From Patescibacteria group bacterium (GTDB taxonomy: Bacteria; Patescibacteriota; Patescibacteriia; Patescibacteriales; UBA12465), in the NCBI GenBank assembly GCA_041661685.1, contig JBAZTY010000001.1:192691-256690 (forward strand): a DNA stretch of 64,000 bases, given 5' to 3'. Position numbers and translations under genes: made by a program. Below the pieces are notes generated by a model, which saw only the letters and a list, made by a program, of their open reading frames with translations, was not told where the DNA came from and made no database searches. Below, piece after piece: positions 63,733 to 64,000 of this stretch; positions within the stretch are counted from its first letter, which is position 1; each line of letters begins with the position of its first letter.

Positions 63733-64000
63733 ATGCTCAACGCGCTTTTTGGCTCTGAAGCTAGGGTCAAGATCATCAATCTCTTTTTCCTTTACCCTGA
63801 TAAAAGCTACTCGCTGCAGCAAATAGCTCATGCCTTCGGCCTGCCGCTTAATTCTTTGCGGCGCGAAGTAGATAATCTTCTTAAAACCGGGGTTATCAAG
63901 GAAGCCGAGCCCGAAGCAGACGACAAAAAAAAATCATTCAGCGTCAATCCTGACTTCATCCTCTACCCGGAAATAAGCGCCTTATTCGCCAAGACGCAGA
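63733..64000 (+). CDS. Winged-helix (ArsR/MarR-like) transcriptional regulator, 3'-truncated by the window edge
   Basis: The ORF is open from ATG 63733 to the end of the window: MLNALFGSEARVKIINLFFLYPDKSYSLQQIAHAFGLPLNSLRREVDNLLKTGVIKE. It is absent from the ORF track because no stop codon is reached. Confidence 0.55.
   Translation, partial: MLNALFGSEARVKIINLFFLYPDKSYSLQQIAHAFGLPLNSLRREVDNLLKTGVIKEAEPEADDKKKSFSVNPDFILYPEISALFAKTQ

Noticed and set aside
1-64000. I searched by eye for CRISPR arrays, IS elements, integrases or recombinases, prophage genes, and rRNA or canonical tRNA genes.
   Set aside because: I saw no regularly spaced short direct repeats, no transposase or integrase motifs in any listed ORF, and no cloverleaf-compatible tRNA sequences. 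The only large repeat is the intragenic 1788-bp duplication.

Overview
The window looks like a compact, gene-dense bacterial chromosome segment, coded almost entirely on the + strand. Its gene content suggests a small-genome Gram-positive-type lineage such as CPR/Patescibacteria; that assignment is an inference from content only. I found no rRNA, canonical tRNA, CRISPR array, transposase or integrase.

Main blocks:
- 1-2.6 kb: 3' end of a HlyD adaptor plus an FtsX permease and an ABC ATPase.
- 2.9-6.4 kb: an operon preceded by two NrdR-box-like palindromes, encoding a small polytopic membrane protein, class II B12-dependent ribonucleotide reductase (nrdJ) and a PduO-type adenosyltransferase.
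- 6.5-24 kb: small accessory genes (cytochrome b5-like, DUF488, cupin, RelE/Phd-like pair, NUDIX, HD, K+ channel, PlsC, PfkB kinase, GIY-YIG, TrmH, FAD oxidoreductase, Ugd-like plus UDP-xylose synthase).
- 24-29 kb: kup, then a cold-shock protein, a CxxC-x17-CxxC zinc-ribbon protein and a DEAD-box helicase.
- 28.9-40.9 kb: a cell-surface gene island, the most interesting part of the window.
- 41-46 kb: a second HlyD, ATPase and double-permease set.
- 46-64 kb: P-type ATPase, M23 peptidase, dispersed uvrB/uvrA/uvrC, a SIMPL protein, rplJ-rplL with a leader, and a large membrane protein on the minus strand.

The surface island contains:
- a small and a giant (1599 aa) secreted protein sharing a WxL-like C-terminal domain;
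- a DUF916/DUF3324-like anchor protein fused to LysM;
- a beta-lactamase-fold hydrolase;
- a dockerin-bearing protein followed by two cohesin-like, C-terminally anchored proteins.

The giant gene carries a nearly perfect in-frame 1755-bp tandem duplication (period 1788 bp), itself built from six degenerate ~100-aa modules.

Other points worth a second look:
- an abrupt base-composition shift at ~10.29 kb that coincides with a chimeric ORF;
- two gene relics (purA, and a polysaccharide-deacetylase-like fragment);
- a frameshift-split surface gene;
- a GC-rich structured island at 7.88-8.05 kb;
- a promoter/terminator-bounded candidate sRNA at 61.1-61.3 kb;
- a recurring leaderless TGnTATAAT-N6-ATG start architecture;
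- joint absence of the UVR interaction domains from UvrB and UvrC.

All functional calls come from reading motifs in the supplied translations. No database search was possible.
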